Positions 51,330 to 63,826 of a stretch of DNA of 64,000 nt are shown one piece after another. This DNA comes from Adineta vaga (Eukaryota; Animalia; Rotifera), in NCBI GenBank assembly GCA_021613535.1, contig CP075493.1, positions 18,042,001-18,106,000 of the forward strand, in the 5' to 3' direction. Positions within the stretch are counted from its first letter, which is position 1, and every line of letters starts with the position of its first letter. The position numbers and the translations under genes were made by a program. The notes below the pieces were generated by a model, which was not told the origin of the DNA, searched no databases, and worked only from the letters and a program-made list of their open reading frames with translations.

Positions 51330-52280
51330 GCTATTTTTGATGAAAAAAATATTGGCAAATGTGTTGATGAAGGAATAGAACGATAAAAAATAAAATAAAA
51401 ATCGAAAAATGAAGAGAAAATGAATATTTTTCTTTATGCATTTTTAACAAATTCATGATGATGAATAAGAAGTGCAACTTATCGCTAATAATTTGTAATA
51501 ACATATAGGGATTATAATATGAAACCAACTTGAACGAACAGACCATATATCAAAACGATCGAAATCAGCAAATAAAGCGTCACAACTCTGGACAAATAAA
51601 AAACGACACCTAAAAATTTCAAGAAATTTCAAGAAAACAAAAAAAGAATTATGTTCAAATCGATATGATAAAATCCTTGTTTTTCTCTTTGTAATAACAG
51701 TTATTGGTACAACTCAACATGAAGATTTCTTCTTTTGTAGATTTACAAAAAGAAATTTATCGTCTGAAAATTGATTTCTTTTTACTAATTCATAGAGATG
51801 GAGCTAACATTGAAACAATACTAACAAATGAATTGATTCGATTGGGTGATTGAGTACTCAGTTTCAAGTGAAAGAAGCACATAATGCACATGTTCCACCT
51901 AAAGAAAAAAATCGGAGAGAAGAAAAGATAAAACAAAAGATGAAAACCTTTTCCTTTTATTGAAACAATAAATATGAAACTCCATATAACTAAGTTAACA
52001 GCAGCGATACATTGAAATTCGTTTGCAAGATCTTTTTCATTATCAAATATTGTTTCAAGAACATATAATGAATTTGTTCCCACTAAAGATTTGAAGAAGA
52101 AAAAATCTTATTAAAGAAAATCTTATATATGACCAAGAATAATTCCTGATGAAGGAAATGTTAATTTTAGTAGCATAACTAAAGATAAGGATAATTTTTT
52201 TAAAGATTTTACTTCATTCTTTTGATTATTTTTATTTTTTATTGAGTTTTTGGAATTGTTGATTTAAGATTATCCATTCG
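51330..52280 (-). pseudogene. KUP/HAK/KT potassium transporter pseudogene
   Basis: Fragments SSGIILG, VGTNSLYVLETIF..AVNLVIWSFIFIVSIK, GGTCALC, VVPITVI and FLFVQSCDALFADFDRF are collinear with KUP motifs (GDIGTSPLYV, GEGG.FAL, TG.EALFADLGHF). Many frameshifts. Confidence 0.7.
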
Positions 52281-53814
52281 ATCCTTCTTTTTCTCATCAA
52301 TTTCATAAAACAATTATTCTATATACTGGTCAAATAGGAAATAATAAACACATTTTCAATTATCGAATAGAATTTTTTCCACGCTCAATAAAATAAAAAA
52401 GAAGATTTCGTATCGTTTTTATGAATTTAAATAAAGAAAATTTCTCTTTATAAAAATAAAGTTTATCGTTTGTTAGATTTAATGTTGTTTTATTGTCATA
52501 AAAAGATATTCCACTGATTTGTTTAAAGTTTTGACCAATATCGATAATACAGCTTTTTTAAGTGAAACAAATGATCATCGATGAATGTTTTGTGGATTTC
52601 CCACCGAATGAGCTTTTATGTAATCAAAAATGACTTGATTCGTCATGTTTCATGAATATTATTTAATATTTTCGTACTAGTCGAATATGTGAATTGTTTT
52701 TCTACCTTCTACAATATGATCTCTATCTTTTATTGTAGTAGATAAAACATGAAAACGAAAAACATATTTCATATATCTTGGTAATAATATGACATAAATC
52801 ATATTCGATAACTCAGATTAAGATTATGTTAACTTATTTTGATTTCGAAAAAAATAAAGAAATTAAAAATTCAATCCTTCCTAACTTTTTTAGCAAAAGC
52901 AAATAAATTGTCTTTTTCCTCAAGAAATTTTTGATTAATGACGGAAAACAAAATGAAGAAGTATTTCTTTCAAATTCTATTTTATAAACTTATCATTTTG
53001 TTCCATCAACAACAACTAACGTTTACGGAAGGTTTTCTTTATTAGATTTTCTTCTATTCAGGCGCATTCATTCCTATTTGAGTTGGATATCGTATTGAAT
53101 TCTTATACAATGAAAATATTTTATTTCCTTTGCGCCTTCGTAGAAAAAGATTCAAAGTAAAATAAAAGGTAAATGTCAAATGAAAATCCTTTAATTATTA
53201 CGATTTCATTCATGAAAATTGCTTAATATTCAAAATATTAATATTCATTTAAAAGTTTTCTATAAAAAGATAACATTTCAATTTCAAGTCTGTTGTGTAT
53301 GTGTTCATTGAAACGCTAGTTGAATTTAGTTATTTTCAATAAGCATTGAGATTACACTAAGTATCTTGTTTATTATTTAGTTCTATAGATCATTTACGTT
53401 TTCGAAATGCGAAGAATGTTTTTGAACATTTGTAAATGATTGTTTCAATCAATGATGAAAATTTATTTGCCGTAATTTGTAATCTATTGTTGATTGAAAA
53501 TTTTGATACTGATGACAGCGATATTTAAACAATAAATTCTGTTTTGCAAAATGATATCATAAAGCTTTAATCTTTGAATGAATCTATATTAAAAATTTTA
53601 AGTTAATGTTCGATTAAAAATTATTGAAAGTGAATTCTCTAATGCATCTTCAACGATATAATTTATTGTTGTGTAAATATAACAAGAAAAATCGAAAAAG
53701 ATAGGCTATCGATTAGAACCATCAAACAAAAAAACATAATAATAAAATTAGGCAAGAATGAATACGTTGTCAATTGTAACATTACTTGTTTCCAATTGGA
53801 GTTCTTGAATAAGA

Positions 53815-54015
53815 TTAGTTGCGACGTTTAAAACAGCAATAAGTAACACAAAATAAAAGTGTAATACATACACCAATGACGAATATAACATCCATTAAAA
53901 AAGTGGAATGAAACACTCGACAGCTATTACCTGAGTTTGATGGAAGATTTCTTAGATTAACGGTGTTGTTATTGCCAACAATTGAAACATTACTATCAGA
54001 GCAATTTAAAAACAT
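53815..54015 (-). CDS. Small single-pass membrane protein (related to 54687-55692)
   Basis: VGNNNTVNLRNLPS, then a TM segment and CCFKRRN. Confidence 0.45.
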   Translation of the reverse strand: MFLNCSDSNVSIVGNNNTVNLRNLPSNSGNSCRVFHSTFLMDVIFVIGVCITLLFCVTYCCFKRRN

Positions 54016-54686
54016 GTTGAAGATAGTGGATGTGTATATTCAACTTCGGCGAAATTCTCAACCTATTGCTATTGGTATTGATGAATGAATATTCCTTAAA
54101 TATGAGAATTTTGTCTATCTCATCGACTTTTTCTTCTGATAGCCATCACTTGACCGCTCTTTTTTTTCATATTGATTGACCTCGTTATGGCTTTTTCTCT
54201 CGTTCTAACTCGATTGTTTGACCTATCATTCGTGACCTATATGTTTTTTGATAAATAACGAAGAGAGGGCAGCGTCAACTGAATTTTATTGTGATTCTTC
54301 GTAGAGGCAAGGCAATTGATAAATGTTGATCTTTATATACGTAATAATTATTCTTTCTAATCAACGTTACGATAATTGATACAAATAACGACGTAGTCAG
54401 TTTTGAAATGACTACTTATATCCTAAATTAGTTCATTCAAATTATATGATTAAAATTATCTTTCAAAAACAAATTTTAGACGAAAAGAAAATCTTTATTA
54501 TCTGTATTTTCACAAACTACCACACCCAAATTCTAATGATTAGTTCACGAGAAGAAAAAAAACAAAGACACAATGTTACGTTTATAGTTGGATAAAACAG
54601 TGAGCTTTTAAATGAATAAATCGATGAGTATGAAAAATGACGAAAACACAAAGAAAATTATTGAATATTGATTGTATTGAAATATA

Positions 54687-55692
54687 CTATACAATTCGAG
54701 TTTCATCTTGGAGAGCTCGACGAAAAGATACAATTTTCATTGCATCATCTAAAATCATTCTTGATAAATCTTGATGTCTGTAAGAAGATCCAACAGCAGA
54801 AGCTGTTTTACGTCGAACAATGCAATATATAAATAAGAGACAAACCATTAGTATTGTTGTGCATACAAGATATGTGAGCCTATAAAGCAATAGATATTTC
54901 AAACATAGTCATCGAATTGATTCGAAATAGAATATGTGCAAAAAAACATAACAACAGATTTGATCTACGTATATATATATATATATTAAGTGATATCATT
55001 ATGACTATTAAAGTCTGTGAAACTCTTCCTTATGAGATCGGACATGGGCACGATATATTTGTCGATTGTAATCAGATATAACTGAAAACAGAGAATTATT
55101 TTAGTATTCACTGAATGTTGAACTAAACGAATATTGGCATCAAATAGTTGGAAAGTTGGCGAACGAAAATCGTAGTACTACTCAAATTGTTTTTTCTCTC
55201 TTTTATTAAATTCTCGATATGTGACTATTTCTATTTTTCTTTGTAAAAATCTATTTGCTATAGACATTATTCTCACGCATCATTTATTAAATGAATCCAT
55301 TATCTTTGTGCAAAATCTATCAATCGACGAATTTTACATAGATTTTGATCGTATATTTCATGCATTAAAAAACCGCAACGGTTCAGTTTCCACAATGGAT
55401 CGTTTTTATGAAAAAAGATAACGAAAGATCCATACCAGTTTTCCTGCATATGATGTAACCATTTTGCAGGAGCAATTACGAGATCTTTAACGCCTTCAAC
55501 CATTTCCCCAAGCTGACCACCCGTTTTTTGTAATAGAGTTGTTTCATCTACACTTGGTAGTTTATTGATATTTATGGTGTTTTGATTACCGGAAACGCTT
55601 GGATTAGTTTCATGACCACCAATGTTTGTCTTCCATAGAGCTCGCTTAACAAATGAGCGAGTTATTTTTGTATTGAACATAGCTGATGGCAT
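54687..55692 (-). CDS. Small single-pass membrane protein, 2 exons (55436-55692, 54687-54879)
   Basis: SGNQNTININKLPS..VEGVKDLVIAPAKWLHHMQENW|LTYLVCTTILMVCLLFIYCIVRRK, with a GT-AG intron inside the Trp codon. Confidence 0.7.
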
Positions 55693-58600
55693 TGTAGTGT
55701 ACGAAAAAGAGACAGTGAAAGATTAATGCTTAGCAGTAGCGTATGAAAAGCACAAAGAAGAAACTAATATGTGACTTTCTATTTATAGGTGAATATCGAA
55801 CGGTCATAATCTAATGAGACTAGACTTTCTTAATCATTTAATTAGAATGGAAACAAACAATTTTCGTGATTCATGAGCTAAATTATCTCGTCTTTTTCTA
55901 ATTTTCTACTCGTATCTTTAATTCATGAGCCGTTAATTTCCGCGCGACAGTGTTGATCGATGATATTGATACATTGCTCACCATTATTCTGCTGATATGA
56001 GGCTTCTGTCACCACTGTGTAGTGATTTAGTTGCAATAAAATAATAAATGATCTATCTGTATCAGATAAATGATATAGGAATGAATGAAATGAATTTTTA
56101 GAAATAAAAACGTGACATCTAACATCAGTATTGTAAATGGATTTTCCTAAAATCAATAGATAATTGAAAAATTCGATCCATTCAACAATCAGTTGCTATT
56201 GCATATGCAATTCATTGAAATATAAATCTATTCAATAATGACCCATTGAAAATATTTAAAAGATTCTCATCAAATGAAATGTAGATATAGAAAAAAAAAC
56301 AAGAAAAAAGATCTTGTTAATAACTATTCGAATCGTACTCAAACTTTAGAATTGAGATATTTTTCATCATTTCTTTTTCAAAAAATAAAAAATCACCAAC
56401 GAACTGTCTTTGTGTATCGTTTGCGTGCCAATTAAGTGTTCAATTATATAAAGAAAAAGAATCTATTTTCATCAAACTACTTTTCGTGATGAACTATTTT
56501 TAAGATGATGTTACGAAAGCAGTATTTAACTTGATTGATACATATATTTCAATGGTAGCAGATCATTTCAATTTATGAATTCAGAAAATAGATCAAAACA
56601 ATACAGATATACATCACCAATCGAAATAAGAAGGAAATGAACAGTTAAGAGATAACAAAATAAAGATCATCTAAAAGATTGATGTTATAATTGAATATAC
56701 AAGCTTGAATCATCTGCTTGTATTTTAGATAAAGAAATTTTCAAAAGATTCCTTTTAAAACAACACCATTAAATGATGATATAGAGTGCGTTGTTTATGA
56801 AGATTTATTAGATCGCATTGATCTGAATTTTTCTTTAAAAGATTCTATTTTTTCACATCGTAATGAGAAAGAAGAATTTGATTGAGTTATCAATATACAT
56901 TGAACAAGCATTCACATTGTCATTGGATTTGATTTAAATAAGTTTATTTAAGCACTGGCTGAAATAGACATCATTCAAGTAGATGATATTGTAATTGAAA
57001 CATTGTAAATCTTCAACATAAATTATTAAAACATCACATTGTTTTGCAAGTCATGATTGTATAAATACCATACAATCATGATATAAACTATTCGTATGGA
57101 ATTGTAATCAACCAATAGATAAATTTGTTGATTGAAACACCATTGGATGATCAAATTTTGTTAATTCATAAAATTGTTAACAAACAAAGATGCTTTGGAT
57201 GATTAAGACTGAATTCAAAATCAGATAGTCGATCTTTTCCTTGTCCAATATGTACAGTTAATGATGTGAAATATTCTAATGTTAATAAACCATTCCATAT
57301 TCGATTTGTTAAAGGCGCAAATCAATATTTAAATCTTGAATTGATATAAATAAAACAACTGGAAATTTCATATGGATATTTATTATTATATGAACTGCAA
57401 TGTAAACGTTTAACATGATTAAATAATCAATATCTTTTATTGATAATATTTCTTTATATTTACATATGAGTTTGGAAGAAAAGAGAACAATTCGAGAAAA
57501 AGTTATGACCAAGTTGATCAATTTTATCCAATATTTTTTTGCGTTCGTAATCGAAGAAAAAACGCTACATGGTTACTTTAATATTAATGTATAGTTACAT
57601 CGTACAATTGATTATAAAAACAATTGAAAGTTTCCAATTTTTTCAAGAAAAAGTGCAAATATTCATCACTGTCTGTCCACATATAATGCCATTATCATAA
57701 ATATACACGTATAAGATATTGACAGTTGTATTCTTAACAAATCATACACTAATTTTGTAAATAAAAATAGTCATAAAGACATGAGCAATTATAGATTGAA
57801 ATATGATTCATAAATGACTGTTTCGATGAAAGAACTTTTTTAATCGTATAGGGACATTCAATTGTACATAGAGGAAATGGATAAAGCAATCGAGTGAAAA
57901 ATATTTGAATTAAATAGAATTGTTCTGCAATTTTTGATACATAGTCAATATAAAAAAAGGGTCTTTTCATACGATTCGAAATGAGAATGTCTATTGAATA
58001 GATAACATTAAGTAGACAAATCAATCAATTCGAATATGAATCAATTTTTCAAATTTATCTATAATTTAAATAGTTGTTTTCAACACTTAAATGACCGTGT
58101 TAAAAGAAATTCAATTTGTTGATAAGCTCATTTTTCTTTGATATGGATAACTAATCACTATTTAATGAGTGAAGATAAGTGACTGTTCTAGTGAACTCAC
58201 GAAGAGATATAAATACCGACTGCTTTTCCTCATCTCAATAGTACTCGTCATTCTATTCAATCGTCGTCATTTCTGGAAGACTGCACATTGTTTTGTCTTT
58301 ATACGTAGTGGTACTGTACGTTTGTTCTTTTTTTATCGTTATTATGATTTTGATTATACTTTTAGGACGTCTGCGTTTTCATCTTTACCATCATTAAGCT
58401 AACGAATTATTTAAATAATGTAAGTCACTGATCCATTGAGGATATCGAACCGTTGCTGGTTTTTACAATTACATAAAGAGAAAACTTTTTTGAGAACGTA
58501 ACGAGAATTTTAATTAAACATCAAATTAAGAGTATCATCTATGTGACTATATCAATATTGTTTTGTCGATATCAATGTCTCTTGTAGCAAATAATGAGCA

Positions 58601-58853
58601 AAATGTCAGAACATTATGCTAGAAAAAAAGACATGTTTTGAGTTGTGATGAGCGTAGATTAACTTATCAATATCAACATAGTTAAGTAGATCAAGTCGTC
58701 AATCTTAAGTTTATATAGGCAAATATTTCTCAATTGGACAGTGTCATTCAGTAATTGTAAAATTCTTTCCATATGTAAAGAGACGAATATAAGATATCAA
58801 GTAATGAGTACGAGTTCAAGAGCTGCTAATTATTAATCGATTTATTTGATAGA

Positions 58854-59525
58854 ATGGAACATCGATTGGTGTTAAACAACCATTCAGAATCGGATATTCC
58901 AAATCATATGTTATGTGGACAACTACAGCAACAGTTAAAGTATTATAAGTTTCGTCGCGTACATACAAAAGCTGGAAAAGATATTTTTTATCTGTTCTTC
59001 AAAGGAGAACAAGAAACATACGATGCACTGCGAGCAGGGAAATCTATTAAAAATATTTCTCTAGTTCGTTATCGTCATCGTACAATGGTCCCTGCACCTA
59101 TATCTCGTCCTGATGAACTCTTACCAACTGAACAACAATATCAACCAGTGCCTTCTCGTCGTACTGTTGATGCGATTAAAAACAATTTTAGTAGATATAT
59201 AGATAAATTTTCCGATAAAGTAAGAGCATATTATAGTTAATACATTTGGTTGTAACATCTGTCAATTTAGAGTACTTTCAAATTATGTATGAAACGTCTG
59301 TCAGAACAAGCAGTAGTTCAACGCATGAATATTTCCGAAAGTATGCTATTCTATCTAATTGATTTAAGATACTATTTCTTGCGTTTTATTTCAGTATATG
59401 AAAGGAATTGCAAGGTTAACCATTGGTGGTGGTTAAATCCAGATTATACAATTAATAATCCTCAAAACATACAAAAGATTATGGATATTTTTTTTTACGT
59501 GATTGATTTTCGAGACCACTCTTAG
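58854..59525 (+). CDS. Hypothetical protein (~206 aa, exons 58854-59219, 59271-59525), possible RRM-like N-terminus
   Basis: A phase-0 GT-AG intron joins two ORFs in frame. The IFYLFFKGEQETYDAL segment resembles RNP1. Confidence 0.55.
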
Positions 59526-60032
59526 CATATATATATGTTTTTTCATATTTAATGTTTGCTGTGCAATCTCATTATTCTTTTCTATGTTCATTACTTTCGT
59601 TGAGACATATGATATTCAATCAAATCGTTAAGTTGATTTGAAATTTTTTACCTTCGTTTTTTCAAATGATTGTAATGGAAGAAAATATTTAGCTAGAATT
59701 TATTCATACAAAATATTGAGATAATCTTTTTAATACAGATATAGATAATAATGTATTCTGAGCAATCGATATTTCTACATTGGTCATATAGAATTTATCA
59801 GCATCGAACATCGATGACAAGTTATGTCTATTTAATATCATTGACAATGATGATGCCTAAGTGCAATTGATGACTTTCACATGGATCTCATATTTAAATG
59901 TAAAACAAATTAATCTTTATAATGATGATTATATAAATTAATTTGCTAATCTCAACTTTTGCTTCTTCAGCAATCGATCCTTTGTAGTCAACAATTATTT
60001 GAATTAATAAGATGTTTTCAATGAATAATAAA

Positions 60033-60106
60033 TGCAGATTTTGCTTTGCCGACGCGTTTCGTGTATTTATTTTAAAAAAATAAGAAACACTCATCAGGGC
60101 TCTGCA
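60033..60106 (-). ncRNA. Type I hammerhead ribozyme in the Athena 3' region
   Basis: Minus strand: TGCAGA-GCC-CTGATGA-GTGT...ACAC-GAAA-CGC-GTC-GGC...TCTGCA. Palindromic stem III (ACGCGT). Predicted cleavage between 60051 and 60050. Confidence 0.9.
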
Positions 60107-60329
60107 CTTTTTATAAAAATGAAAACGGAAGGAAACAGGCTAGGTTAATATATAAAGAAAGTAAAGAAAAGATATATAAAGAAATAGAGAAATCATAGAA
60201 ATAATAATAACAACATTATTAATATACTATAATAAGTGAATGGAATAACTTATATATATATATATAAAAAGATGAATAAGTGAAGAAATGAAGGATTAGA
60301 AATCCATAAATGTTTATTATCAAACCTTT

Positions 60330-62195
60330 TTATCTTGAGTTTCTAGTATTTACGAGACGACGTTGTAAATTGTCGACGTTACGAGTACCCAAGATTGGTG
60401 TAATGTCATTTATTGGAGATTCAGAAAAGTATTTGAGCCAAAGATTATGGAATTTATTCGGAAAGTTCTTCATATTGGAACAATAAGTGAAATGAACGAA
60501 TATTTTATGACCATAATCAATTGGTCCTTTAGTTTCTATTGGGCTATGAATAATTGATAGACGAATATCATTATAATTAGTTATATTCATAGTTTGTTCA
60601 ATTCCATATTTATAGAAGACATGATTGAATTGTTGATCAATAAATTGATTTGGATAGTTATTGATAAGTAATGCCATTTTTAATTGATCTCGTTCATGTT
60701 CATATGCTTTAAATGTTGAACAATACCTTATTGCTCTAATTAACATAGCAAAAGGTATGTTTTTCTTCATATGTAATGGATGAATGCTGTTGAATGGCAA
60801 ATAATATGGTTCATAAGATGGTTTGTGATAAACTGAAGTAAACAATGTACCATCTCGATTTTCCATATGTAGATCCAAGAAATCAGCATGTAGACTAATG
60901 TTAGCTGATAATTTTATATTGGAATCAATTGTATTCCATCGATCAGTTTCTTTAAGGAGATGGCGAATTGGCCAATTAATAATAATAAAGATATCATCAA
61001 TATAACGGACATATAAGCCCAAACTGTTATTAATTTGTTTAATTATGTCTTGTTCAAAAAAGAACATATAACAGTTGGCAATGGTTAGCGTTAATGGAGA
61101 ACCCATAGCTCCGCCTTTAATTTGATGATAATATTGGCCATTGTATTTGAAATAATTATTAGTCATAACAAATCGAGCTAAACGAATAATAACTTCGATT
61201 TTTTGACCATCGATTTGTTTAAGATTTAAGTAATTCATCATCTTCTTTAATGATAGTACTCCTTCGACTTGTGGAATCATTGTATAAAGGTCAGCTACAT
61301 CAATTGTACATAAGACTGTTTCTTGTTTCAAATTCTTTGAAGACCATCTTTGAAGTTTTTGAAGTAAATCAAAGCCACATGTAACAGTTGTCTTAATGGC
61401 CATTTGATCAAATAATGGTCTTAATAAATTATCAAGAAACTTGGAGATCTTTAAAGTTGGATGTTTTAATCCAGAAATGATTGGTCGAAGAGGAGTTCCT
61501 GGCTTGTGAGCTTTTGGTAAATAATAAAGATGAGCTAATTCAACTTCATCTACTTTAATACATAATTGCTCATATTGTTTTTGAGTAAGCCATTTAGCTA
61601 GGCGAAGATCTAATAGATATTTATTTGTACGAATAATAAGATCAGGTAATGGATCATGAATACCAATACATCGATAAGCTTGAGTACGATCCATATATTC
61701 ATTTGATCTTTGTTGATAATGTTCTGATCTTCCTAAATGAAACACCTTGGATTTATCAGTTTTTCTTAAAATAACATTTGTTGATCGAAATTTATATTTT
61801 AATCGTTTAATTAGTCGATTATAATTCTTTTTCTTAACAAATGTTGTTGTTGAATGATTATCATGAAGATTTTGAAGAAGAGTATCTAATTCAGTAATAA
61901 ATTCTTGAACTGGACGACCAGGACTAACTTTTTTCTCATAAAAACGTGTTTCAATTTTTCGTTGTAGAGTAGTTAATTCAATAGTACGTCGTCGAGATGC
62001 TGTTTTAGGATCATCATAAATAAATCGAGGACCTAATTTAAGTAAATGAGATTCTTCTTCTGTTAATCTAACATGTGGTGCTTCATTGATGATGTTTGGA
62101 TTTATAATTCCATATTGATTGGAGCCTGAGCCGAAGGTATTATTATATTGATGTCGCGTTCGACTCGTTCTTCGGCTCGCTCCTCGGCTAAAAAA
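60330..62195 (-). CDS. Athena reverse transcriptase (translated via -1 frameshift from ORF1)
   Basis: RKTDKSK, LYYLPKAHK..LRPII, DVADLYT, GGAMGSP, YVRYIDD, FLD and YHKPS. The frame is open from the slippery site at 62189-62195. No endonuclease domain. Confidence 0.92.
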   Translation of the reverse strand, partial: FFSRGASRRTSRTRHQYNNTFGSGSNQYGIINPNIINEAPHVRLTEEESHLLKLGPRFIYDDPKTASRRRTIELTTLQRKIETRFYEKKVSPGRPVQEFITELDTLLQNLHDNHSTTTFVKKKNYNRLIKRLKYKFRSTNVILRKTDKSKVFHLGRSEHYQQRSNEYMDRTQAYRCIGIHDPLPDLIIRTNKYLLDLRLAKWLTQKQYEQLCIKVDEVELAHLYYLPKAHKPGTPLRPIISGLKHPTLKISKFLDNLLRPLFDQMAIKTTVTCGFDLLQKLQRWSSKNLKQETVLCTIDVADLYTMIPQVEGVLSLKKMMNYLNLKQIDGQKIEVIIRLARFVMTNNYFKYNGQYYHQIKGGAMGSPLTLTIANCYMFFFEQDIIKQINNSLGLYVRYIDDIFIIINWPIRHLLKETDRWNTIDSNIKLSANISLHADFLDLHMENRDGTLFTSVYHKPSYEPYYLPFNSIHPLHMKKNIPFAMLIRAIRYCSTFKAYEHERDQLKMALLINNYPNQFIDQQFNHVFYKYGIEQTMNITNYNDIRLSIIHSPIETKGPIDYGHKIFVHFTYCSNMKNFPNKFHNLWLKYFSESPINDITPILGTRNVDNLQRRLVNTRNSR

Positions 62196-63826
62196 TAACC
62201 AGATTGTTCAGCTTCTAATGTTAATCGTTTGGAATATAAATCATAATACTTTTTAAATGCATTGTAAACTTTATTATCATCATTTTGATCTTCTTGATTA
62301 TCTTCTTCTTCTATTTGATCATGTTGAGTAATATCAAGAATATTTGATGATGGTTTTGGTTTACAATTTTCTATAATAAGATCAATTTCATTTCTAACAT
62401 AATTTCGTTGACGAGTGGTCGTTCTATAATAATATTCCATAGTTTGTTTTTGAAAATTATTTGTCATGTTGTGCATATCATCATAAACAGATTGAATATC
62501 TTCTTTATCAAAAGCTTTTTGATCAATTTTAAATGAAAAATTATTTTTCTTGATCATTTTTGGTAGTATACCATATTCAATCTGTTTTTGAATAGTATGT
62601 ACATCTTTATTTTTATTTAGCCAATTTGTTAATTTTGGTTTTAACATTAAATGTACATTCCAATATGATGTGGCCTGACCAATTTTCTTAAAAACTTCTA
62701 ATGCTTGATAATCTTCATATTCTGCATCAGCTATTAGCCGACGTGCTTCACAATGTTTATAAATATGTTTAACATATAATTTAATATAATCTGCTACATC
62801 TGTTGTCATTTTAACATAATCACATGAGAGACGACCACTGTTATGAGTTGAATTTGTAGTGGTAGTAGTAGCATTATTTGTTGTTGTATGTTTACGATGT
62901 GCTGCTAATATTGCACGAAAATTATCAAATTCCATTTGAGATTTTAAAATAATAGCTTGAGATTTATCAATTAATAATTGATAATAATTAATTTTCTTTT
63001 GAACAAAATTTTTAATTATAGTTGAATTTTGTGGTCGACCTTTAATACGATTAATAATTTCTTTTGTCCAAAAATCTTTTTCTTCACCTAATTCAAGATA
63101 ATATTTCCATACTTCTAATTCATATTCTGCTCTTATCTGTTCATCATAGATGGGAGCAGTTTCATAAAGAAATTGTTTTGTACCATCACATGTTCGATTA
63201 TCTTGTAATAATTTGTGTATATAATTTGAGGTATTATTATTGAAATAATTGATAAGTTTATTATGTAATAAATAATATCGTGTTTTCTTTTTCTTTTTAT
63301 TTGTTCTATTATTTGGCATTTGTTGTTGTTGTTGATTATCTTGGTTATTATCATTGTTGTCGTCGTCATTATCAATAACAAGAGGATCAAATCGATTATT
63401 AGTAATAATATTATTATGTTGTTGGTTTGATCGTTGTTGTTGGTGGTTACGTTTTTTCTGACGACGAAATGATGATGTTGTAGATTTGTGTTGTTTCTGT
63501 TGTTGCTGTGGTGGTGGCTGATTTTGAACAATAAATGGTTGTGTTGTATTTGGATTATTATTATTATTATTATTATTATTTGTTGGATGTTGAATATAAT
63601 TACCTAATGTATTTGGACGTGGTTGATTTCTCGGTCCACGTTTATCTCTTGAAGATGATCTTCTTCGATTATTATTGTTGGAATTATATCTTTGTTGTGC
63701 TAGTGGAGGCGGTGGTGGTGGTGGTGGAGATACAAAGGTTGTAGCAATGGGGATTATTGAAAACGAATTTAACCAAATGCTTCTTCGAACTTTGAACGAC
63801 TGGTTCTCATCAGAATCTGATATCAT
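62102..63826 (-). CDS. Athena ORF1 coiled-coil protein
   Basis: 574-aa ORF with a P/N/Q-rich N-terminus and helical coiled-coil segments, directly upstream of and overlapping the RT frame. Confidence 0.8.
   Translation of the reverse strand: MISDSDENQSFKVRRSIWLNSFSIIPIATTFVSPPPPPPPPLAQQRYNSNNNNRRRSSSRDKRGPRNQPRPNTLGNYIQHPTNNNNNNNNNPNTTQPFIVQNQPPPQQQQKQHKSTTSSFRRQKKRNHQQQRSNQQHNNIITNNRFDPLVIDNDDDNNDNNQDNQQQQQMPNNRTNKKKKKTRYYLLHNKLINYFNNNTSNYIHKLLQDNRTCDGTKQFLYETAPIYDEQIRAEYELEVWKYYLELGEEKDFWTKEIINRIKGRPQNSTIIKNFVQKKINYYQLLIDKSQAIILKSQMEFDNFRAILAAHRKHTTTNNATTTTTNSTHNSGRLSCDYVKMTTDVADYIKLYVKHIYKHCEARRLIADAEYEDYQALEVFKKIGQATSYWNVHLMLKPKLTNWLNKNKDVHTIQKQIEYGILPKMIKKNNFSFKIDQKAFDKEDIQSVYDDMHNMTNNFQKQTMEYYYRTTTRQRNYVRNEIDLIIENCKPKPSSNILDITQHDQIEEEDNQEDQNDDNKVYNAFKKYYDLYSKRLTLEAEQSGYFLAEERAEERVERDINIIIPSAQAPINMEL
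62122..62195 (-). promoter_or_regulatory. -1 programmed ribosomal frameshift signal
   Basis: T TTT TTA heptamer (62195-62189) in the ORF1 frame, followed by the stem GGAGC.GAGCCGAAG...CTTCGGCTC..GCTCC. The RT lies in the -1 frame. Confidence 0.85.

Noticed and set aside
56300-57560. Possible F-box/LRR-like pseudogene on the minus strand
   Set aside because: Only Leu/Ile-rich fragments with many stops; not enough support.
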